Below, piece after piece: positions 10,221 through 18,757 of a stretch of DNA of 64,000 bases. A program made the position numbers and the translations under genes. The notes beneath the pieces are model-generated. The model worked only from the letters and a program-made list of their open reading frames with translations, had not been told where the DNA came from and ran no database searches. Numbering within the stretch: the stretch's first letter is position 1; each line of letters begins with the position of its first letter. This DNA comes from an uncultured Planctomycetota bacterium. Its GTDB lineage: Bacteria; Planctomycetota; Planctomycetia; Isosphaerales; Isosphaeraceae. The stretch covers positions 352,001 through 416,000 of the forward strand of contig CAWGMQ010000008.1 of the NCBI GenBank assembly GCA_963823665.1, written 5' to 3'.

Positions 10221-11399
10221 ATGGCTGCCAAGACTCGTCTCACATGTCCGAAATGCAACCGAAAATCTTCAACACCTAGTGAAATGAAGGAAGGGACGAA
10301 AGTCCGCTGTCCTTCGTGCCAAGAAGTTTTCAAATACGTCCCCGAGGTCGAAGCGATAGACCTGGCTGAAATCGCTGAAATCGAGGTATTGCCGCCAACG
10401 GGAACGGGACGTCTCAAGCCGAACGTCGTCAGAGCGGAGATAGTCCCGCCCCCCGTGCCGGTCCAGCCTACGCCTGTTCATTCCGTGCAGATGGTGAATG
10501 TCAATCTTCCCGCTACGAGAAAGGGGAATTCGCTAGCTGTTGCGGCGCTCGTGCTTGGAATCATCGCCGCCCTAATTTGCTGGGTTCCATTTCTTGGGCT
10601 CCTTGCTATTCCTGTCGCGTTGTTAGGGGCGTTTCTTGGGTTCATCGGATTGGCAATAGCACTGATCGGACGACGATCCGGCCTTTCCTCATCATTGGTC
10701 GGCACGGCGATTAGCTTGGGATCGATCGTGCTCTCGATCGTGATCACAGGGAAGACGTCTAAGTCGATTGCTGATGCGATGGAAAAAAGCTCAAGGGAAG
10801 AGCGTGCGGTTGCAAAAGCGGTCGATAATCCTGGCCAGCCGGTCGCTATTCCTACCAAAACGAAACCCAACGGAGCTGCTGAACCACAGCGATCGCCTGT
10901 CCAGAACGGCGAGGGCATTCCGGCAATCAAGGGTCGAGAGGAATGGGTCACCGCTCCGACTCCTGCAAAGCTCGGAGATGTGATTGTGATAGTTCGCACT
11001 GCCAAAATTGATCGAGTTCCTCTCAAGGTAATTCAAGGGGAAGGCCAATCCGAAGAGCCGATGTTGATGGTCAACTTGGAGATAACGAACACAAACCCGA
11101 ATCGAAAAATCGACTACAAGAGTTGGGCCGGACAAAGTATTTCATTCCAGCGCGACTTCGCCACCCTAAAAGACAACAATGGGAATAATTATAAAAGAAT
11201 ATCGTTTGGACTTTCCGAGCGGCCAATTGGAAGATCTGATTCTGACTCCATCTATCCAGAGAAAGCCCTCGGAGACGTCCTGGTCTTTGAGATGCCATTG
11301 AAGACCGCCGAGACTTTGGACCTTGAGTTGCCCGCCGCGAATGTTGGTGAGAAGGGCTCTTTTAGAATCCGCATTCCTGCTGCCATGATCGAAAGGTGA
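10221..11399 (+). CDS. Zinc-ribbon + DUF4190-like TM helices + extracytoplasmic beta-rich domain protein
   Basis: AAGGAG RBS; CPKC...CPSC; LAVAALVLGIIAALICWVPFLG TM pattern; LKDNNGNNY...LVFE C-terminal domain. Confidence 0.7.
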   Translation: MAAKTRLTCPKCNRKSSTPSEMKEGTKVRCPSCQEVFKYVPEVEAIDLAEIAEIEVLPPTGTGRLKPNVVRAEIVPPPVPVQPTPVHSVQMVNVNLPATRKGNSLAVAALVLGIIAALICWVPFLGLLAIPVALLGAFLGFIGLAIALIGRRSGLSSSLVGTAISLGSIVLSIVITGKTSKSIADAMEKSSREERAVAKAVDNPGQPVAIPTKTKPNGAAEPQRSPVQNGEGIPAIKGREEWVTAPTPAKLGDVIVIVRTAKIDRVPLKVIQGEGQSEEPMLMVNLEITNTNPNRKIDYKSWAGQSISFQRDFATLKDNNGNNYKRISFGLSERPIGRSDSDSIYPEKALGDVLVFEMPLKTAETLDLELPAANVGEKGSFRIRIPAAMIER

Positions 11400-11756
11400 G
11401 TGCGTCGAGTGGATTCGGAACACCCGGCGATGTCCGGCTAATAGGTGCATGACTCATGCACGTACGCTTGGGGGGGCGATCAGACACCTGGCGGTCAGTC
11501 TTTTTCAACCGCAGATGGCCAAACGCGCGCATTTCGTCAAAATTGGAGCCGTTTGAATCGAGCCGATTCCGGCCCGGAATCATCGCAACGCTACAATAGA
11601 ACCGGCCCCCGGGGGATAGGGGGTTGATTTGCTGGGGGTTTCAACTGCGGGATCGTAGTCGACCCCGCGCACATTTATTCGCGCACTTTTCGCATTTTGT
11701 GATAGCATGCACTTGCCGACAGACTGAAGCGGCGCAAAGGGGAGACCGTAGTACAC

Positions 11757-12155
11757 ATGGCCCTGGTTCATCGCAACGGCCGAACCTACATCTACCGATC
11801 CGTTAGGCGGAATGGTAGGGTGACCTCGGAATATGGCGGAAGCGGCATCGACGCCTTCCTAATCAGCCGAATGGAGGCGATCGATCGCGACGAACGGGAC
11901 TACAATCGACGGCTGGAAAGTGAAGACCGCCGGAAACTCGACGAAATTGAGAAAGCCCTCGACGAGCTTACTGCACAAGCCCGAGCCCTCGCACGCGACG
12001 CCCTGACCGCCGCCGGGTATCATCAGCATTGTCGGGGCAAATGGAGGAAACGACGTGGAAACCACCGTGGTGGGCGCGAACGACCGCGAGCGAATGATGG
12101 ACAATTGGGTGGTCAAAGAGCTGGTCAACTGGACCGCCGGCAAGAGGGGCAATGA
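11757..12155 (+). CDS. Hypothetical basic protein (module gene 1)
   Basis: MALVHRNGRTYIYRSVRRNGRVTSEYGGSG...AGYHQHCRGKWRKRR; paralogous to the N-half of 8202-9102. Confidence 0.7.
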   Translation: MALVHRNGRTYIYRSVRRNGRVTSEYGGSGIDAFLISRMEAIDRDERDYNRRLESEDRRKLDEIEKALDELTAQARALARDALTAAGYHQHCRGKWRKRRGNHRGGRERPRANDGQLGGQRAGQLDRRQEGQ

Positions 12156-12495
12156 GCAGACAAAAGAGAAATTGCGGCAAGATTTGCGGAACATCGTCGC
12201 CGACCTTGTCGGCCCCAATCCAAGCCCCGCTGAGCTAGTGCTTGCCGAGACTGCCGCGATCAATTGGTTCGCCCTCCGCATGTTTGAGGCCCGCTATTCG
12301 GGATCGGCGACCTCCGATGAAGGGCTAACACTGGGTCAATCCGAGCATCAGCAACGTCGGATCGACCGGACACACCGACGGTTTTTGGACACCATCAAGA
12401 CCCTGGCAACGGTGCGCCGTCTCGCCCTGCCCGCCGTTCAGATCAACGTCGCCCGCCAGCAAGTCAATCAAGTGAACGTCGGAGAGTCGGCATGA
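12055..12495 (+). CDS. Hypothetical helical protein (module gene 2)
   Basis: GGAGG before GTG; GPNPSPAELVLAE..INW..RRIDRTHRRFLDTIKTLATVRRLALPAVQINV..QVNVG; paralogous to the C-half of 8202-9102. Confidence 0.7.
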   Translation: METTVVGANDRERMMDNWVVKELVNWTAGKRGNEQTKEKLRQDLRNIVADLVGPNPSPAELVLAETAAINWFALRMFEARYSGSATSDEGLTLGQSEHQQRRIDRTHRRFLDTIKTLATVRRLALPAVQINVARQQVNQVNVGESA

Positions 12496-12776
12496 GACGA
12501 CGAAAAGCGCTCAATCGGGGTGGCCGCCCATCCAAGTTCACGACCGCCGCCGTGGTGAGGATCACGTCCAGGTTGCTCGATGGAGAGACACTGGACGCCG
12601 CCGCCCGTGCTGCTGGCGTGGGACCCTCGACGCTCTACCGATGGATGGCCCAGGCCAAGGCCGGGGACCCTCGGTTCGGACCGATCAACGCCGTCGTGAG
12701 GCAAACCAAGCACGCGAAGCAACTCGGTGCTGCTCTTGGCTTCTTCCTACCAAAACTGATCAAGGCCGGTTTTTAG
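12492..12776 (+). CDS. HTH protein (GRPSK + HTH; terminase-small-subunit-like or transposase-like HTH)
   Basis: GGRPSKFT...LDAAARAAGVGPSTLYRW; ATGA overlap with the preceding gene. Confidence 0.65.
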   Translation: MRRRKALNRGGRPSKFTTAAVVRITSRLLDGETLDAAARAAGVGPSTLYRWMAQAKAGDPRFGPINAVVRQTKHAKQLGAALGFFLPKLIKAGF

Positions 12777-13009
12777 AAATCGTTTCGCTGGTTGCAGTGA
12801 AATAGCAGCGAAGGAATCTCCCAAAACCGACCCCGAAGGATGGCGGTGATTTTGAGAATCGCTTAAGTCGACAAATGAAGCCGGCCCTTGTGCGCGTTGA
12901 AAACTCTTGGCAATATTGACACCAGTGGCGTCCAAGTAACAAAAATGAAGGAAGTGCGCAAGATGGGTCAGATGGGATGCACTGTGACCTTTGAGAGTCG
13001 TCTTTTGAA

Positions 13010-13555
13010 ATGTTTGAAGCCGCAAGATTGCTCGGACCGACAACACGAAGTATCGTTTTGCAGACCCATCTTGGCAACAAGATCGTAAATGAGATCGCCC
13101 TAGCACCGGACGAGGGGAGTATAAGAAAGTACGAGCGCTTACTTGCGAATCATCCGCACTGGTCTAAGCGCAGGCCACCTTATGGCATTTGCAACTGCGT
13201 CGGGCATGTATGGGCAAGCAGGCGGACTGCTGTATACGAGAATCTTGACAGCCAAGTAATCAGAGTTTTTGACGACGATGGCTACACGGCGTTGGACTGG
13301 CCTAGAGAGAGTTTGTGGTTAGGCGACCTGGTTACCTATTGGGATTCGGCGAAACGACACAAGGGGTTTTTCCACGTCGGCATTGTGTTTGAAATTAGGA
13401 GTCTACCCGACGGAACTCAGCAGATACCTTGGATACTCAGTAAGTGGGATGACAGTTCAGGGGAAGTCCTGCATCACTACAAGGAAGTGCCTTTCTCGGA
13501 CGACATAGAAGCGGAGTTCTGGACGGACCGTGCACTAGGAAGGACTGGGCGATGA
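13010..13555 (+). CDS. Putative papain-like/NlpC-type cysteine hydrolase
   Basis: NCVGHVWASRR, DDGY, GDLVTY, HVGIV, SKW..GEVLHH: Cys/His dyad layout. Confidence 0.55.
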   Translation: MFEAARLLGPTTRSIVLQTHLGNKIVNEIALAPDEGSIRKYERLLANHPHWSKRRPPYGICNCVGHVWASRRTAVYENLDSQVIRVFDDDGYTALDWPRESLWLGDLVTYWDSAKRHKGFFHVGIVFEIRSLPDGTQQIPWILSKWDDSSGEVLHHYKEVPFSDDIEAEFWTDRALGRTGR

Positions 13556-14061
13556 CTGCGCTCGCGCTGCTGAAAACCGACGAGTTTAACTTCTCCATCG
13601 GATTTCATCATACGCCCGCCGTTGTCAGGCGCAGGCTGCTCATGTCTCCCATCGTGCGACACGTAGCAGCCGCTCTGCGGTTCGGCGCTATCACAGAAGC
13701 GATGCTGCGGGAGTTCGTCGGATCGATCATGTCAGAGTTCACCGCGGGGCGCCGCCTCCCAAATGATCTGGCGCTGGCTGCCGTTGCAGTCGTGCTTGAA
13801 TTACGCCCAACCGACTTCGCAGGCGAGTACCTTCATGATTTGGCGCGCCTTCGGTTATCCGAGATGACAGTCAGCATTTTCGTCGCCCGCGAATGTCTGA
13901 AGAATCGGTGTTCGGTTCCGAAACACCAGACTAAGACATTTGTTTTCCCGTCGGCCAGTAGACCCCCAAGGGAGTTGCGCGTGTCGATGCAACGACGACG
14001 AGTGTTCACCATGTCCCCGCGCTTGGTCGCGTCGTATTCCGCATATATAGAGACCGCGTAA
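13552..14061 (+). CDS. Hypothetical protein
   Basis: 169-aa ORF with ATGA overlap upstream and TAATG overlap downstream. Confidence 0.65.
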   Translation: MTALALLKTDEFNFSIGFHHTPAVVRRRLLMSPIVRHVAAALRFGAITEAMLREFVGSIMSEFTAGRRLPNDLALAAVAVVLELRPTDFAGEYLHDLARLRLSEMTVSIFVARECLKNRCSVPKHQTKTFVFPSASRPPRELRVSMQRRRVFTMSPRLVASYSAYIETA

Positions 14062-14498
14062 TGGCAAGGCTCGAATACTTCATTGTCTGCGAATCTTGCT
14101 CCGTCGATGCGGAGAAAAATAGTGTCAGTTTTTTCCATGTGCTGGAAGACATATTCCCAGATAAATTCCCGTATGAGATCTCAACAGTAGACGCCGTGAG
14201 CCTCTGGAATCTGGACCCCGCTGACCGAGATACCGATTTCCAGGCGACGGTCGTGATCAGTGTTCCCGGTTCCACACGTGGCGTCGAAGTCCCTATGAAC
14301 CTGTCGCGGGGCCACATGAGACACAGGGCAGCCGTGACCATCACGGGCATTCCGATAATTTGTCCCGGGGAACTCCTGTTCGAGGTGAAGCTGAATGGCC
14401 TTCATGGGGCGAATCACATCGTATATATCCATGATACTCCGGCTCTAAAAGCCGCGGAGAGGTTGACAACAGATACGACCACTACGTCACTTGACTGA
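14061..14498 (+). CDS. DUF6941-like beta-sandwich protein
   Basis: YFIVCESCSVD..NSVSFFHVLEDI...PG.LLFEVKLNG pattern. Confidence 0.55.
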   Translation: MARLEYFIVCESCSVDAEKNSVSFFHVLEDIFPDKFPYEISTVDAVSLWNLDPADRDTDFQATVVISVPGSTRGVEVPMNLSRGHMRHRAAVTITGIPIICPGELLFEVKLNGLHGANHIVYIHDTPALKAAERLTTDTTTTSLD

Positions 14499-14766
14499 TA
14501 TGTGGACACTGACAACCTCGCGGTTGCGTGTCTGCGACGTCGAAAGACGAGCCCGCGCGTCTGCTCAAACACTTCGCCGGGTATCGGAGAGGCGTAAGTA
14601 GATCTCACGGCCGCCTCGCGGTGACCTGGAATCGAACGCGCCCGCGACGCTACACTGAGCGGGGGATGGTTTGATCGGTGGCCACTGGTCAGGCCCAACG
14701 CGGACCCGGCATCACGCTCCCCTGTGCGTGCGCTGCCGGGTCCGGCCCGTTCACAGGAGACGCGAG

Positions 14767-16326
14767 ATGTCGAGCCGGGATGACTTTGAGGCCGCGCGCA
14801 AGGCCGCGATTGACTGCGCTACCGCCTCGGGGTGGTTGCTTCAGGTTGCCACCGGGAAAGCCCGGCTTACGCCAACCCAAGAGCGGGAGATTGCGAAGGT
14901 TCTCGATGAACAGGCAGGGGACGACCGACCGCTCGAAATGCCCGATCCGATGCCGATCTTTCTCCCGAACGCCATCGGCGCGTTGTGCCAGGCGTTGGCG
15001 AGCGGCTGGGGTGTCATCTCGAAGGTGGAGGATGACTTGACCCTGGCGGCCCCCGCCTCTGCGACCGCCGGGGGGATGACGCGCGCGAGCGCGCATCGGC
15101 TGGCCTGGGACTTTGGCCGCCACCTATGGGCGTCTATTCGCAATCTCGACCACCGCCTTGACCCTCAGTGGCAGTGTTCCGGTACTATCGACGCAAGCCG
15201 ATTCGACCTGGATGGGGCGTCTGTCAAAGAGAACCTGCCTGCCATTGTGGCTGAGCTGACCGCGAAACCGCCTTTCGATGGTGGCCGCGTCGTTGCTCTT
15301 ATCAAACAGGAATTTGTCCGCGCGATTGAGCGCTTGGAATCGACCCGGGCCGAGCCGTCCCGAGAAACCGACCGGCGCATCCCCTCTCTCGAAGAACTGA
15401 ACTTAATCGCGCACGCCCTTCGCGATTTTCTGGCCACAGTCGAGAAGTACAAGCTCTTGCTTCGTGAGCCCGACTCATCGAATGTAATGGCCGTTCAAAT
15501 GCCCCGTTTTGCGGTGCTCGAATCACTCTGCCGGCTGGAGAATCTGCTTAACCTTTCACGATTGCCCTACAATTCGGCGCCTGGCGCCAACTACGCTGTA
15601 CGTTTCTGGCCCTACGACGTCATGATCGCTCTGCCGACATTGAGAGCGCACGTATATGAACTCATCAAGCGATGGGACATACCCGAAGTCTGTAACGATG
15701 GCAAGATTTTGCGGAGTTATCCTGCCGGCATCTTCCCACCATCTTTCACTTTGACGCCCGCCGAACGCGATGGGCTGGGATTGGCGTTGTCGTTGCTCCT
15801 CGGAGTCTTGCAGCCGAGCCCAGCCAGCCCGCAGCCACCGCTACCCAATCCGGAGACGCTGGGCGCTGTACAGAAGCCGCCGGCTCACTCACATGGGGAG
15901 GCGCCTGGCGGGGTGATATTCCTGCCGCCAATTCACGACCCTACGCTATTAGCCGCCCCTCTCTACTTGATTGATCCGAACGCGCGTACGATCAGGAGAG
16001 TTGAGCCTGGCGCGGCGCCCTCGGCAACCGAAGCCGATGGTCAAGGGACCGCTGAACAGGGGAGACCGCCCGCCGCAGGGACCGTGACGCCCGAGGCCCC
16101 CGCCGAGCTGCCCGACCTTGTGACTTTGGATCAGGCCGCCGCGGCTGTCCACAAGAGCAAGCGCGCCCTGGAATACCATAAGAGCAAGGGTACGTTGCCA
16201 GCCCCGTTTGTCGAAGGGGGAGCCGGCAAGGCGTCTCTGTACGACTGGAAGTTGATCGGCCCTTGGCTGGCCAGGGAGTTCGGCATCCCACAGCCCGAGA
16301 AATTCCCGCGACCTCGGGAGAGCTGA
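14767..16326 (+). CDS. Large hypothetical protein with C-terminal MerR/Xis-like winged helix
   Basis: AGGAGA RBS, ATG 14767; Pro/Ala linker, then LVTLDQAAAAVHKSKRALEY..LPAP..LYDW..PWL. Confidence 0.65.
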   Translation: MSSRDDFEAARKAAIDCATASGWLLQVATGKARLTPTQEREIAKVLDEQAGDDRPLEMPDPMPIFLPNAIGALCQALASGWGVISKVEDDLTLAAPASATAGGMTRASAHRLAWDFGRHLWASIRNLDHRLDPQWQCSGTIDASRFDLDGASVKENLPAIVAELTAKPPFDGGRVVALIKQEFVRAIERLESTRAEPSRETDRRIPSLEELNLIAHALRDFLATVEKYKLLLREPDSSNVMAVQMPRFAVLESLCRLENLLNLSRLPYNSAPGANYAVRFWPYDVMIALPTLRAHVYELIKRWDIPEVCNDGKILRSYPAGIFPPSFTLTPAERDGLGLALSLLLGVLQPSPASPQPPLPNPETLGAVQKPPAHSHGEAPGGVIFLPPIHDPTLLAAPLYLIDPNARTIRRVEPGAAPSATEADGQGTAEQGRPPAAGTVTPEAPAELPDLVTLDQAAAAVHKSKRALEYHKSKGTLPAPFVEGGAGKASLYDWKLIGPWLAREFGIPQPEKFPRPRES

Positions 16327-16354
16327 CCGCAATGCATAAGAGTTCGCCAACCGA

Positions 16355-16381
16355 AAACCGCCACAAACCGCACTAAACCGC
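16355..16381 (+). promoter_or_regulatory. Three AAACCGC direct repeats at exact 10-bp period
   Basis: Copies start at 16355, 16365 and 16375, upstream of the replication operon. Confidence 0.6.
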
Positions 16382-16440
16382 CCCCCTGCCTGATACGGTC
16401 ATTCGCGTGGTTCCCATTTCTCCATTTTGGAGACACGCGA

Positions 16441-16674
16441 ATGATCGAGCCTGTGCTGATCGAGCCCGGGGCGCTCTACGATGACGGATCGCTCCGCCAA
16501 GCCCTCGGGTTGACTGACGCCGCCCTCGCGAACGCCCGCCGCGCGGGGGTACTCCGCTACACACGGCAGGGGAAGCGGACCCTGTACTTGGGAAAGTGGA
16601 TTCTGGCTTGGCTGGAGAGCCAGGCCGCCCCCCAGACCGAGGCCGCCCGGCCCGAGGGGGTTGCCCGTGCCTAA
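16441..16674 (+). CDS. Small excisionase-like HTH protein
   Basis: LRQALGLTDAALANARRAGVLRYTRQGKRTLYLGKWILAWL; GGAGA RBS. Confidence 0.7.
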   Translation: MIEPVLIEPGALYDDGSLRQALGLTDAALANARRAGVLRYTRQGKRTLYLGKWILAWLESQAAPQTEAARPEGVARA

Positions 16675-16942
16675 ACACGAACGCCCCCAGCCCGAGGCCG
16701 GAGGCGCTGTGGATGATCCGCGACAAGATCATCCTACCGCGCAACCGCCCGCTGTCTCAATCCACGACAAGCTGACCTGGGGATGGGACGACGTCGCCGC
16801 CCTGACCGGACTGTCCCGTCGGTTGCTTGAGCGCCAACTCTCTGCCGGCAAGATGCCGCTGCCTGACTTAAGGATTGGCCGACGTGTTCTCTGGCGACCC
16901 GAGACTATCCGCCGATGGATTGGGGAGGGTGGCCGCCAATGA
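16661..16942 (+). CDS. AlpA/excisionase-family DNA-binding protein
   Basis: DDVAALTGLSRRLLER..GKMPLPDLRIGRRVLWRPETIRRWI; start may be GTG 16667. Confidence 0.8.
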   Translation: MPVPKHERPQPEAGGAVDDPRQDHPTAQPPAVSIHDKLTWGWDDVAALTGLSRRLLERQLSAGKMPLPDLRIGRRVLWRPETIRRWIGEGGRQ

Positions 16943-18633
16943 GCTTGCCAACCTCCTATGAAGCTTGGACGCTTGCGCGCGTCGCTTGCGGGATGCCCCT
17001 TAATGGTGAGCTGCACAAACTGTCCGAGCCGTGGCGATCGCTGGCCGAAGCGATGGCAGGCGCGCTCAAGGACAAGCGGCAATCCATTCTCGACGGATTC
17101 CTGGCCGGCCGCCCCGATCGAGACGCCATCATCAAGGCCATAGCCGACGCCGATCCTAATGGACCGCCGCCGCCCTCCGAGGCAATCCCGTCGCGCGATG
17201 CGTGGCCGCCCTTGCGCCTCGACGAGCTGCCTTCTGTTGAAGCATTTCCGGCCGACGTTCTACCGCCGATCGCTGCTCAACTTGTAATCGAGGGAGCGGA
17301 CGCGATCGGTTGCGCGCCGGATTTCCTCGGGCTCACGATGCTGGCCGTTGCAGGGGGAACAATCGGCCGATCGGTGAGCTTGCTGTTGAAGCCGAATTAC
17401 TTCGTCAGTGCGACGCTCTACTCGGGTTGCATCGGACCGCCCTCGGACGGGAAGACGCCTGCCCTTAAGGCCGCCGCCGCCCCGGTTCGTTCGATTGACG
17501 ACGAGCTGGCCGCCGAACACGCCGCCGCGATGGAACGATGGCGAGCGGACCAAATCGGCCCCGATGGCAAGGAGAAGAGAACCAAGCCCCCCGCGCCGCC
17601 GAGACCCCGGAGGATCGATATCGATGACGCCACGATGGAAGTTTTGCCTCTTATCCTGGCGGACAACCCGCGGGGACTGATCATGATTCGGGATGAGCTG
17701 AGCGCATTCGTCCTCGGGATGAATCAGTTCAAGGGAGGAAAGGGCAATGATCGATCCAACGCGCTCAAGATCTGGTCAGGCGACCGAATTATCAAGGATC
17801 GCGTGAACCACGAAGGCGGAACGCCGATCCGTTGCACGCATCCTGCGCTCAGTATCGTCGGTGGGTTGACGCCGGACCTGCTCGGGGAACTGACCGACCC
17901 GAAGGGAAGCGCCGACGGGTTCATCGACCGGTTCTTGCTGGCATATCCTGACCCCCGGCCCGTGCCCGATTGGTCGGATCGCGGGATTCCCGAGGTTCTC
18001 CTCGACGACTGGCGATCTCTGGTCGCCCGTTTGTGGATGAGACCCCTCGACGTCAAGGAAGGCAAGGAAGTCCCCCATGTCATGCGATTCACGCCCGAGG
18101 GAAAGGCCCGCTGGCAAAAACGCTATGACGAGCATTCCGCGGAGATGAACGCAACAGATTTCCCGCCGTTCCTACGTGGACCCTGGGGTAAATTTCGCGA
18201 GTACGCTGGTCGCCTGACCCTCATTGTGACTCTGACGCATCACGCTGCGGACCCGACCGCGGACGCCTTGGCCCTGCCCGATGTTGGTCCGCGACAGGTT
18301 GACGCTGCGTGGCGATTGGTCAGTTACTTCAAGAGCCACGCAAGGCGAATCCGCGCTGTCATCGCGTCCGGACCCGGAACCGGTGAAACTCGCGCTGCGA
18401 AAGCCATCGTGGATTGGGTGCGATCCAGAGACCTATCAAGCTTCACCGAGAAAGACATCAAACAGGCGCGACGATGGATCAATCACAGCGACCTGCTCGA
18501 CGCCCTCGACTATCTAATCGACCGGGGTGCAATTCGGCCCCGTCAAGCACCGACGCCAACCGCCAAGGGTGGCCGGCCGCCGTCTCCAGCCTACGACGTT
18601 AATCCTGAGTTGCTGGCTACTGCAAACCCTTAG
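16939..18633 (+). CDS. DUF3987/YfjI-family P-loop replication protein (helicase-like)
   Basis: FPADVLP, Walker A GPPSDGKT, RDELS, DGFIDRFL, C-terminal winged helix ..GGRP. Confidence 0.85.
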   Translation: MSLPTSYEAWTLARVACGMPLNGELHKLSEPWRSLAEAMAGALKDKRQSILDGFLAGRPDRDAIIKAIADADPNGPPPPSEAIPSRDAWPPLRLDELPSVEAFPADVLPPIAAQLVIEGADAIGCAPDFLGLTMLAVAGGTIGRSVSLLLKPNYFVSATLYSGCIGPPSDGKTPALKAAAAPVRSIDDELAAEHAAAMERWRADQIGPDGKEKRTKPPAPPRPRRIDIDDATMEVLPLILADNPRGLIMIRDELSAFVLGMNQFKGGKGNDRSNALKIWSGDRIIKDRVNHEGGTPIRCTHPALSIVGGLTPDLLGELTDPKGSADGFIDRFLLAYPDPRPVPDWSDRGIPEVLLDDWRSLVARLWMRPLDVKEGKEVPHVMRFTPEGKARWQKRYDEHSAEMNATDFPPFLRGPWGKFREYAGRLTLIVTLTHHAADPTADALALPDVGPRQVDAAWRLVSYFKSHARRIRAVIASGPGTGETRAAKAIVDWVRSRDLSSFTEKDIKQARRWINHSDLLDALDYLIDRGAIRPRQAPTPTAKGGRPPSPAYDVNPELLATANP

Positions 18634-18695
18634 AACCCTAGAAACCGACGCCCCAAGCGGTTGCCCGCGACCGGTTCTTAGGGTTCTTAGGGTTT
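18624..18695. repeat. Inverted arrays of 9-bp iterons (AACCCTAAG-like); candidate replication origin
   Basis: aaacccttagaaccctagaaacc (18624-18646) and ggttcttagggttcttagggttt (18673-18695): 20/23 complementary, 26-bp spacer. Confidence 0.7.
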
Positions 18696-18757
18696 CTAGC
18701 AACAAGTATCGGGTGCATGCGATGGGAATGGGCGCGTCTGTCGAGAACCCCTGGATC

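Noticed and set aside
18527..18757. N-terminal extension of the primase ORF (LRTLE..LRVLRV)
   Set aside because: It is the translation of the iteron repeats and overlaps the DUF3987 gene; the real start is probably downstream.
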